Positions 12,701 to 25,479 of a DNA stretch of 64,000 bases are shown one piece after another; position 1 is the first letter of the stretch, and each line of letters begins with the position of its first letter. Position numbers and translations under genes: made by a program. The stretch comes from Octopus vulgaris (lineage: Eukaryota): assembly GCA_951406725.2 (NCBI GenBank), contig OX597823.1, forward strand, positions 102,982,001 to 103,046,000, read 5' to 3'. The notes under the pieces were generated by a model. That model saw nothing but the letters and a program-made list of their open reading frames with translations. It was not told where the DNA came from and ran no database searches.

Positions 12701-15700
12701 TTTGTACCACCAGACCTACACACACACCCTATACTGACTTTTATATTCTTTTTAACAATGAAGTAATTTGAAAGGAAAACATGATCATATGGGGAGCAAT
12801 AGAAGTCAGATTTGACTGAATAAACAAATATTGTGATCTTAATGAATAAAAATTACTGCTAATACTAATAACAAAGGAATATAACATGAAAAACATAAGT
12901 ACCATTGAATAGAGATTAGTTCTATACTCAAGCTTTGACACATGTAATTGGAGCAGTTTTGTCCTAAATTACCATAAATAAAGATGAAAGATTTCAGTGG
13001 TTCCGAAATAGTGGTAAAATAACCTTCTAAAACCTATCTGTTTAACCCTGTAACTGTGAAATTAAATTTCATGAATATTTCAGTAAAAATGTCAGATCTC
13101 TAGCACAAAAATAGAATTGGTAATTTCTACAAGTCATGTTGCCACAATAAACTTGACATGTCTGTTTATCTTTTACTTGTTTCAGCCATTAGACAGCGGC
13201 TATGCTGGAGCACCACCTTGAAAAAATTTTGGTTGAATGAGTCAAATCCAGTACTTCATTTTCTTAAAGCCTGGTACTTATTCTATTGGTCTCTTTTGTC
13301 AAACCACTAAGTTACAGGGATGTAAACACACCAGCACCGGTTGTCAAGTGGTGGTTAGGAACAAACACAAACACACACACATACATACATACCTATATAT
13401 GTATATATACACGACGGGCTTCTTTCAGTTTTCATCTACCAAGTCCACTCAGACGGCTTTGGTTGGTCCAAGGCCACAGTAAAAGACACTTGCCCAAGAT
13501 GCCATGCAGTGGGACTGAACCCAGAGCCATGTGTTTGGGAAGCAAGCTTCTTACCACACAACTACCCTTGCACCTACCTCAACACAAAAATAGTTTCAAA
13601 TATGACACTCCTCAACAAAAGATAAACTGATTTATAAAACTGCTTCCTGCAGTTAAGAGTAATGAAATTTTGAATGGATAAAACTAATTTCTGCAGGAAA
13701 AGGATTAATGAGTCTTTGAAGTAAACTATTGAGAAATGGAATGACAAATATCAAAGTTGAATTTCAAAGTAATTAAAATTCTTTTTATGGTCACTGAAAA
13801 TCACAAGGTAATTATCTATAAAGGAAATGATGATTTTTTAAAGCTAAAAGTGAAATATGAATTCCACTGGATCCATCATTTGTTACCTGTGTTACTTAAG
13901 CTATTCTGTCTTCAAGAAAAATTTTAAAAGCCATGAAGCTTTCTTTTCCTTGAATCTCAGAATAATTAGCCCTTTTACTGTGGAAATCAGACGTATCCAC
14001 TTACAATGTCATTACCTTTAAATGAAGAAAGCAGTTTTATATACAAATCTTAATTTTATCCAAGGAATGTCACAAGATATGTTAGGTTTATTGAGGCAAT
14101 GTGACTTGCGAAAAGACCTCTTCCAAATAAACTAAATCATTTCAGAGTTATATTTATCTAGCAAGTGAAAATTATCTGAGACCATGAGGTTGGAAGTGAA
14201 GCAGTGAATTCATAGAAGAACCCTTTTAACCATTTAAAAACACAAAATTTGTTAAATTTACTTCTAATTTTTTTTTTTTTGGTGAGGTGTTGAAATTTTC
14301 ATACAGAAAACTGGATGAACAAAAGGTATGTAGGAAACTAGATAAAACTGAGTATACTACTGGTTAATTATCATATCAACTTAACAAGAAGATAAAAGAC
14401 AAAGTTGGCTTCTTTTGGAAGACATTGGGGCTGTAAACAAAATGGAGTTCCTGGCTCTACTATTTTAGCAATCCAGAATAGTCTACAAATAAACAAACAA
14501 ATGAAAACTAAAAAAAAAGAAAAAGAAAACTAAAATAAGAAAGAAAAAGAAACAAAAGTAAGGAAAATAATAAAAGAGATTTCCAAATGGAAGTAAAAAT
14601 GAGAGCAGAGAGAGAGAGAGAAAGAGAAATGATACAAACACCAATGACAACAGCAATGAGAAGAGATTTAGCTGCCAGGAGTTACGGTTTCAATACCATC
14701 ATTTGATGTGCTCAAAGTAGCAGCTAAATCTCCTTCAATAAACTACTTACCATTATCAAAATAGAGACCACATGGCTTAGACCCTATATTTAATGAGAGC
14801 AAGATCCAAAATCGAGATGGAATGGCTACAGCTAGAAGTACTGATCCAATGATTTGTTTGGTCAGCCTACCTCTGTGCCATAGACCGATACAAGCAAAGA
14901 CATGGTACTGAGGTTAAGAAGCTTACTCTCTGACTCAGTGGTTCCAGGTTTAATCCCAGTAGGCAGCACATTGGACAACTTGCTTCTATCAATGCCTTAA
15001 ATTGACTAACAATTTGTGAGTGAAATGTTTGAGTTCTGTAGTCATTATATTATGCTGCAATACTGTATTTACTCTGTGTGATTTCTGACATAAACCACAT
15101 GGCTGAGATGGGCTAGTAGATGGAATGTATATGTAGAAAATGTGTGTATATATTGGTATCTGTATGAATAAATTTATCGGTATGAATATATATTTTTCAC
15201 TTATATTTTTGTTGGTGTCTCTCTAGTGAGGATTGCAAAGTAACCTTTATTACAGAGCATGAAATCTTAAGATACAGGATTATCCAAAACTGTAAATCTT
15301 CTTGCTCATTACCTGGCATTCAACCTGGGGTTATAAACTGAGAACAAATTTAGAGTGGGTTGTAGGTATTTAACATCTACTTCTAGCGCTGGAATTTCAG
15401 TGCTCTTAATTATAATTTTGTAGTTATATACTTAAAAATATATATTTTAAATTAAATATGCTTCTTGACTACAGGCTCAGGTTCAATCCCACTGCATGGC
15501 ACCTTGGGCAAGTATCTTCTACTATAGCCCTGAACAAATCAAAGCCTTGTAAGTGGATTTGGTGGATGGAAACTTGTGTGTGTGTGTGTGTGTGTGTGAA
15601 AGAGAGAGAGTGTATGTTTGTGTCTCCTTGTCTTCGTATTATGTGATAGTTGTAAATGATAGTCACTGTCATACAAGCAGTGTCATTCATTTCTAATATT

Positions 15701-15883
15701 CTGCACAACATGCCTGGCCATGGGGAAACATTACTTTGCTTGAAAACAGGTAAGGGTTGGCAACAGGATGGGCATCTAGCCATTGAAAAGACTACCTCAA
15801 TAAACTCAATTCGACCCATGCAAGCATGGAAAAGTGGACATCAAAATGAAGATAAAGATGATTATATATATAATCTTTCACTG

Positions 15884-15930
<47 letters not shown>

Positions 15931-18900
15931 TAAAGGACATAAACATGGGTAAAAAAAATAGACACTTGCTGTCAGAATACATTGAGCCAGGAATTGGTCA
16001 AATGGAATCTAATTTGACAAATGGCACTCCTATTCATAAACTGTGAAATAAAACTTTTAAAAATATATAAAATAAGACAAACATAGCTATTTTGAACAAC
16101 ACCAATAAAATATAAGGTACCAAAAACAACAAATACACAATATCGAAACTTAGCAAAACAAAAAGAAAATGTACTAATATGAAAACTTGGCAAGCCATAA
16201 AGAAAAAGTACGAATGTAACGAAAATAAAATGAGATGACATTAGACGAAAATTTAAGACACCAACAGGCAAGCTTCGTGTACTAACTGGGAAAGCGGTAT
16301 GACTAAGTAACTGGGTTCCAGCTGGTGCTGTCATTGGTTGCTGATGATAATACTGACTGGATATCTGATTCTGTTGGTTAGTGTCATATTGTGAGTCCGA
16401 ATTCTTAGTCGACAGATTCAACTGCCGTCTTATACTTCGCAGTAAGTCCTCAAAATACCTACTTCCTCCACTGGCTGATGCCTCAATTGGTGCTGTAGAG
16501 ATGGGCCTCACCCGAGTGAGTCCTGATGCCATACTGCCATCTGTAGTGGAAGTGCCCTTAAGCTGCCTGTCTTTTGACCGTGAGCCTGATCTGACACAAC
16601 CTGGTTCAGCTGCAGCATCTGACCCACCCCCACAACTACTACAGCTGTTACTCACAGACAACAGTGATGGAGATGAGGTACTCTTCTTCAGCACTTTTAC
16701 TTTCTGTTCAACGGGATTGCCTCCTTGCTGAAATTAGAAAAGCAAATATATACATGAATATTGCATATAGAACTGGTGGTGGTTGGATGACTATAATGGT
16801 AATGGTGATAATATATAGGGCGAGAATGTGAAGATGACCGATGTTGTTGTTCTGTAGTTTAACACCAAGCCAGCCCTGATTAAGCAAGCCTATGATCAAA
16901 GACATTACAATAGTGACTATTCTGCTTTCTTCATCTCAAAGATAATGAATCTAAGAATACATTAGTCAATAGGTTCTTACTTTTTCAAGAACAGTAAGAT
17001 GTGATTTGAGGATGATTTGGTTGATATTTTAAGCAGGTTATGTAACAGCATCAAGGCTTCCTTAATGGATTGTAATATATGATGGTGGTGATGACGATGA
17101 CAATGGCAATGTTGACAACAGGTTTCGTTGAAAGCTCTTTCTTTGGGTAAGAGACATTTCCCCCAAATGCAATGCAGTGAGATCAAACCTAGGATCTGGA
17201 GACTATGGAACAAACTTGTTACCCATTTGAACAAGCTACATCTATATACAGGGTGTCCCAAAAGTCACTGAGGGGTTTCAATTTTTAATAACTTCCTTAA
17301 CTTTGCAAATAAATGCATGAAAGTTTGATATAATATAAAGGACATAATGGCAACTAATATGCACAAGTCAAATTTTGCAACACCACTGCATCACATATGA
17401 AAAATGACATCGCTTAAATGGCAGCCATTTTCAGCTTCGCACAGCCTTGCTCTTTCCAAAACTTGCACCATAACACCCTAAAGAATTTAAGACCCCCACT
17501 TCACTGATTTCTCTATTGATGTTCACCTTCAGTTGCACCAGGGTCTCCGGTTTGTTGATGTAAACCCTCTCTTTCAGGTACTCCCACAGGCAAAAAATCC
17601 GGGCTAATCAAGTCTGGGGAACATAAAGGTCATTTAAAGTAGACCTCACACATGGTTCCAGCAAGATGGGGTAACTGTTCAAACCACAAGAGAAACAATG
17701 CTGTTGCTATGGCAGTGCTTTGGAGAGAGAAAAATCTCCGACTATGGTAATGTCAACTGGCCTTCGTGTTCCCCAGATTTGACTAGCCTGGATTTTTCAT
17801 ATGTGATGCAGTGGTGTTGCAAAATTTGACTTGTGCATATTAATTTCTATTATGTCTTTTATATTGTATCAAAATTTCATGCATTTATTTGTAAAGTTAA
17901 AGAAGTTATTAAAAATTGAAACCCATCAGTGACTTTTGGGACACCTTGTATTATACAACACTGCATAGAATATTACAAGTCAATGAAGTCTCTATCTACA
18001 TCTGTTCCATAAAGTTATTTAATACAACAACATAAAAATAGGCAACACTTATATCAGTGGCTGTTCAAATTATTGTAAAATCTATTGTCATAAAACAAGC
18101 TTGAGGAGACATAAAATAAAATTTGTTTTACAGAGAATTCAAGATCAAATCTAACTGAAACCAAACATTTGATGCCAACCTGTTCCTGAGCATTGCTACC
18201 TGAAGGCTTCTTCTTCTCTTCTTCCTCCTCTTCTTCAGGACTGGAAGCTGCTGCATCTGGAAAAAAAATTGAATAATACAGTTTAATACAAAAATGTGTA
18301 AGGAGGAAAGAGAAAATCATAATTCAATACAACACTGATTTCTAAGGTTGGGATAAAACTACAAACTCTATCATATCAGTCGTTAGTTATCGGAGCACTG
18401 CATCCTTCAAAACTTCCATCCTTCCTGAGATTCGCCAACACTACACCTGATTTTCTCCCCTCCATACACACGCAAGCATGTATCTGACTCATACACTGTT
18501 CACTTTCCAGACATTTGTACATTACTGCATATGCTTTATACGCACTTTTGACAAGTTGTGGTGCACCTGAGCACTGTAGACAATAATTTCATTATTATTA
18601 TTATTATATATGTGTGTGTACATGCATGTGTGCGCGTGCGTGCGTGTGTTTGTGTGTGTGTATATGAGAGAGTGTTTGCAGTTCTTTGTCTTATTGCATT
18701 GTTGTAAATGAATGTCATTCCTTTCCAATATTCTTCAAAAATAAATCTGGCCATGGAGAAATATTACCTTGCTAGATAAAAGGTGTGTGGTGACAGGTAG
18801 GGCATCCAGCTGTAGCAAATCTGTCTCATTAAACTCTGTTCAACCCATGTAAGCAAGGAAAAGTGGGCATTAAATGATGATACTAGAGTGACTAGACTGA

Positions 18901-21900
18901 GAGCAAAAGAAAAAAAAAAGTCCATTACCTTCTTTATTTGTAAAATCTGTGTTTCTATGATGCTTTAGTTCCTGGTCTAAAGATGTCTGCTGTGTGGAAT
19001 GGTTCTCATATTCATCGTCGCTAAATGTACCACTACTATAACATTTCTCCCGACTCTTGAAGAACTGACTCTGTTGTTGTACAGGTATCTGTAGAACACT
19101 GATGTCAGCTACTGGAAGATCGCTGGGGCAGCTGTAAGGGTTTAGGCTGTTTTCGATCCGCATCATCCATGAAATGCTACCGCTAGGGGAGCGGATACGC
19201 ACCTCAGCCCAACCAATAGTCCAACAGTTGCACTGATTTGGCAAGAACATCGTACTGGAAGATGATGAACTCTTTTCTTCTGGAAACAAATAAGTAAATA
19301 AATAATTATTATTACTTTACTTTGCTGGTGTTATACAGAAAGCAGCCAGTCCACTCTGTAAACTGGTTGGCATTAGGAAGGGCCTCCAGCCATATAAACC
19401 ATGCCAAAGCAGACAGTGAAGCTTGGTGCAGGACTCAGGCTTAGCAACTCCTGTTGAATTGTCCAACACATACCAGCTTGGAAGGTGGACTTTACACTGA
19501 TGATGATGATAATAATAATAATAAATAATAATAACAATAATATAATAATAATAATAATACGATAGAATATAATTAGTGGATGGTCAAACTACCCCAAAAT
19601 GAATACAAAAAATGCCATCATAAAGTAGCAGTGCGAATACACTAGGAATTGTACAAGAGATATGGGTTGGAATGTTCTAACAAGTGGTATAAGCACCAAC
19701 ATTTTACCAGTAGCAGAGACTCACATGGGATATGTTAATATATACAATCAAAAAGTTGCATCATAACCAATTGGATATCATTCTCCTACTGCAAGAGTCC
19801 AAAGAATGGACCCACATCAATATAGCTCTACCTGCAGACCAAAATACTAAGACAGAGGACAAGAAAGTCAAGAAGTACCAAGATTAGAAATGAAAAGAAT
19901 CTATCGAGTGTGGTACCTATTCTGATCAATGTACGTGGGAACCAGCTCGAAAAGAGTAATATCCTGGCACCAAAAGCTGCAAATACCAAACTTCTTAGGA
20001 AGCATTCCGACAGCAGCAATACTTGGAACAGCCCATGTGTTGAGGAAAGTGTTGTGTCTCTAAACTGTGGGATGGAGCTGAGACAGGATACAGATAAATC
20101 AGAAGTAAACAAAAATTTCTACTCTAGGCCTGAAATTTTCTTGGGGAGGGTTTAGTCAATTACATTCAACTGGTACTTATTTCATTGACCCCAGAAGGAT
20201 GAAAAGCAAAGTCAATCCTGGCAATATTTGAACTCAGATCATAAATCAGCAAGAAATGCCACTAAACACTATGTTCAGTGCAGTAATGATTCCACCATCT
20301 TGCCACCTTAATAATAATGATCTTTTTTACTGTAGGCATAAGGCCTGAAATTTTGTGGGAGGAGCTAGTCAATTAGGGACTAGTCGATTACATTGACCCC
20401 AGTATTTCACTGGTACTTAATTTATAAACTCTAAAAAGATGAAAAGCAAAGTCGACCTTGGTGGAATTTGAACTCAAAACGTAAAGATGGACGAAATACC
20501 ATTAAGCATTTCGTCAGCTCACCTTCCAATTTAAGCACAAGGCTATCAATTTTGATGAGAGGGTACTAGTTGATATTGACCCCAAAAGGATGAAAGACAA
20601 AATTAATCTTGGCAGGGTTTGAACTTAGAATGTAAAGAGCTAGAACAAATACCACGAAGCAGTTTGCCTAATGCTCTAATGGTTGTGTCAATCCAGCTAC
20701 ACCTTTCTCGGTGCTGGAAGGTGGGTAGATATAGCCAACTGAATTAACCCCACTTCTACTGTATAACAGGTACTTATTTTATCAACCATAGAAAGATAAT
20801 AAAAAAGAAGATAAAGTTGACTCCTAATGTGCTTTTGAACTCCAAAACAAAGGAACATAAACTAAATACTAAACAAAATTTTTTTTTTATTAAAAATTAC
20901 TTCACTAATCTTTCTTGAATGAAAAGTCTATGAATTCAACTTACCTGGAAGGATATGTGGACTAGATTGAAAAAAAGTTTTCATATTCTGGTTTTCAACC
21001 AAAGGATCGTTTTCGTCTAAAAAAACAGACTGGTCTGAATCCAGCAGCCCCATGTCGTCTACCGCTCGCTTCTTTTCTCCCACTAGATCTTCTGACCCAT
21101 TGCTATTGTGTGTGTTATGATGTGTCTGCTCAATGTGGCTGTTGCTACGAGTGTACAATCCAGCCAATTTATGACGCTGTTTCTCCTTAGCTGTCTGTTT
21201 GGCTTTCTTTGCTGAACTGTCTTCCCAAGCTTGCCTGTACAACATGATACATTTTTCACAAACTCCAAGTGAACCAACTTTCTTACCACCACCGCTTGTG
21301 GTGATGGAAATGATCTTGTGTCCAACAAGCCAGGATTTTGAGCGACCACCGGCAAGTAAAAATTCTATCAAAGGTGGTCTGAAAAAAAGATCCAAACAGG
21401 AAAATGCCAATAAATATGTAAAACATGACAAATTTCTTTTTTAATAGTTAATAGTTTCAATGGCAAATTTTGGGCAACTTTTAAAACAACAATTTCTAAC
21501 TTTGGCACAAACACAAAATAAATAAATGAATTTATGAAAAAGTGGTCAGATCAGTTTAATGGATGACAGTATTTAGACTGGAATTAACTTTATCAACCCA
21601 AAAAGGATGAGAGGCAGAGTAAACCTCTCTTTTTCTCTGCCTTTCATCATCATCATCATTTAATGTCCACTTTCCATGTTAGCATGGGTTGGACAACGTG
21701 ACTGAGGGCTGGTGAACCAGATGGCTGCACCAGGCTCCAATCTTGATCTGGCAGTGTTTCTACAGCTGGATGCCCTTCCTAACACTAACCACTCCGAGAA
21801 TGTAGTGGGTGCTTTTTACGTGCCCCCAGCACGGGGGCCAGTCAGGTGGTACTGGCAACGACCTTGCTCGAATCTTTTTACACATGCCACCGGCACAGGT

Positions 21901-24900
21901 GCCAGTAAGGCGACGTTGGTAACGATCACGCTTGAATGGTGCCCTTTTACGTGCCACCAGCATGGAAGCCAGTTGGCTGCTCTGGCAACGATCAACTAAA
22001 CACAGCAAAATGTTTGGTCTGGTTCTACTTTTTCCAACCTCTTTTTAATAACGATATAATGTTAGTAAGGATAATGATGATGATGATATTTAACCCCAGG
22101 TCAACTCTGATTATACAGGCTTACAATCAAAAGCATATCAGCCATGGTCATTCTATCTTTTGTTTTTATATTACTGGGGAATGTGTCATTCTTTAAGATG
22201 ATAGTATGAGAATTGAAGGAGATTTGGATGCCATTTCTAGAAGGTTAAGTGACCATGAAACACTTCTCTAATTAGCTCACAATGGTAATGATGGTGGTGA
22301 CGACGAGGAAGAGGAGGATGGTCATTACAACCATTAAATTGTCTTTGAGTAGGTGTAATGGAAGAAATACCCTGTGTTATTTATTGTTACCAGAACATTC
22401 CTTTATCACACACAGTGAATGACTAAATAGAAATCTAAATCCAATCTCCCATATATTGTTCACAAACTGCATGATATAAAATCAAGCCAGTCATAGCCAA
22501 TTTGACCAATTCAGACCATATTTGGAATTTGACCAGTTTTAAATATGCTTAAGGGAATAGGATGTTGGGCTCATAAGGTAGGTAGGTTTGATTCCTGGAC
22601 TGGCCAATGCCTCATGATCTCAAGAAAGACACATCATTTTATGCTACTCCAGTCTACTCAGGTGAACATGAGTACCAGCTGAGTACTGACTCAGGTCTCC
22701 CTCTCCTTCATCAGTTACATCATTGATGTTTTGCTCCTGGATCAAGGGTGAGAGAGCCGAGAAGGTCTTTATGTCTGCTACAACTAAATTGGTACTTCAA
22801 ACAATCAGCAGAGTACATGAAACCATGTCATCCACCCTGTGAATGATGGTTAAGTTATTTTAATCATTTAATATTTAGATTACTGTCAAATGTAATGTTT
22901 ATATAATAGCATTGTTTCAAATCAATTCTTTTGATACCAACTTGACCAAGACTACTTATGGTTCCATAATACAAATTTTGTGTTTTAACGCTTTCTAATT
23001 TAAAACTTTTTGTTAAAGTTCCATATTAATTTAATAAGCTTAATAATGACAGAGTTATATCACTAAATTCTTCATAAATTTCAAAATTAATTGCAACAAA
23101 GCAGTGTATTTCAACAGAAATATGGTTACAAAAGGGTTAGCCATGCATTATCTCAAAGCTTCAATATTTTAATGATACTGTTTATTTTTAGAATTATATT
23201 TTAGTGCACATGTGAGACCGGATCTAGAATATTTGGGCTGAATATGGCCAGTTTAAATGGTAACGAGTAAAATGTAATTGAAAGCCATACCTTTTGGGGA
23301 CAGCAGCAAAATTTGCATGAGTATAGCGACTCATCATATCTACACAGGTTTCAGTTAACTCCATGTGAAACTGGTACGTTTTCTCATTGATAGGCAGGTT
23401 AGTTGAAGACTCTTGTAAAGACGATCCATATTTAAAACGCCGCCTGTTTACAAGCAGAAAGGAATGAAAACTAATATGTATCTAATTATTCAACATAAAT
23501 CAATAATTTGCATTTTTTGTTTTTCTTCCATTTCATTTTTATTTAGAGAATTAATACAGGAAATAAAAATACACTTTTATTCTTTTACTTGTTTCAATTG
23601 GACTGCATCCAAGCGGGGGCACTACCTTGAAGGGTTTTAGTCAAACAAATCAGCCCCAGGACTTACTCTTATAAGTTCAGTACTTATTCTGTCAATCTCT
23701 TTTGCCAAAAGCAAGGTTACAACATTGGTTGTCAAGCAGTGACAAACAAACACAAAAATACACATACATATATGTATGGTGGGCTTCTAAACAGTTTGCA
23801 TCTACAAGACAAAGCTTGCCCAAGGCTAAGCACTTGCTAAAGATGCTGTATAATGGGATTGAACCCCAAACTACATTGTTGCAAAGCAGACTTTTTAACC
23901 ACATGGCCATACCTGCACCTATGTATAATCTTAATTATTTAAATTTCTTCTATTTTAAAAATTTATTGCTTTTCATCATCATCATCGTTTAACGTCCGCT
24001 TTCCATGCTAGCATGGGTTGGATGATTTGACTGAGGACTGGCGAACCAGATGGCTGCACCAGGCTCCAGTCTTGATCTGGCAGAGTTTCTACAGCTGGAT
24101 GCCCTTCCTAATGCCAACCATTCCGAGAGTGTTTTTATGTGCCACCAGTACGAGGGCTAGTCTGGTGGTACTGGCAACGGCCACGCTCAAATGGTGTTTT
24201 TTATGTGCCACCTGCACAGGAGTCAGTCCAGCGGCACTGGCAATGACCTCGCTCGAATGTTTTGTTCACGTACCAGTAAGGCAAAGCAGGTAACGATATA
24301 TAGCTGAGGGGTCTTGGCTTATAACTGCTGCTGGTGCCATGTAAAAAGCACCCAGTACGCTCTATAAAGTGGTTGGCATTAGGAAGGGCATCCATCTGTA
24401 GAAACCATGCCAAAGCAGATATTGGAGCTTGGCAACAGTTTTCTGACTTGCCAGCTTCTGTCAAACCATGAAACCCATGCCAATATGGAACGAAAATGTT
24501 AAATGATGATGATGTCTGTCACTGATGGAACTTCAGTCAGTTTTGGAAATCAACAATCAGTTGTCTGATTAGCTGAATGGCTAATTAGATTAACACATAA
24601 GTGGCAGAATATTCCACAAGCATGAACACACTTAATACACCAAATCAGTGTGACAGCTCGACTTTTAAATTAAAGATACAATTCAATCAACAGGCTTCCA
24701 TGCAGTTTCCATCTGTCCATAATTCACTTGCAAGGCTTGGGTCAACATGAGGCTATGGTAAACAAACTTGTCCAAGATGCTACACAGTGGGGTTGAAAAC
24801 AGGATCCTATGATTGCAAAGTGAACTTCTGAACCACTCTGCCATACCTGCAGCCACAGATTTGCCATTCCTGTATGAAGATTGTACAGTTAATTTTTCAA

Positions 24901-25435
24901 TACTGTTCAGTGAGACAGACATATTTAACTCTCAAATGACCCAAACCACTTAGTAGATGTGCTTCATGGGGTCGAAATAGGTTATTAATGTAAACAGTAG
25001 TAGCACTGTAAAATTGGTGAGTGTTTCATTAGAACAGGACTTAATTCAACTCTTTTATATATCTCTCTCTCTCACTCTATCTATTTATATCATGGACTCT
25101 CCTGTCATTAGATGATGTATGCAGGTTCTGCAATTTCACCTGTGTGCTGAACAACCACACAGATGATTTGTTTATAGTGGTCAAATGCTTGTGTTCACAT
25201 AAGCCTGCTCTCTCCATCACATTGTTAATACCCATACAGCTACATGATGTGCCACATGTTAGATGATGAAATGATTGTAGAGCAACATGAAATGCAGTGT
25301 TTCGCTCGAGAAGACAACACAATGCCCAGTCTGGGGATTGAAACCATGTCTTACCATCTTGACTGCAACACCCTAACCACTAAGCCATGCATTGTCATGA
25401 ATGAATGAATGAATGTATGTGTGTGTGTGTGTGTG

Positions 25436-25479
<44 letters not shown>

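Noticed and set aside
14380-14485. Strong polypyrimidine tract and AG on the minus strand suggesting an extra TSC2 exon
   Set aside because: The phase-0 frame from the first AG hits a stop within six codons, there is no convincing donor, and there is no tuberin similarity
16381-16731. Plus-strand ORFs antisense to TSC2 exons (also 7968..8360, 21199..21444)
   Set aside because: Shadows of GC-richer coding exons with no independent similarity or gene structure
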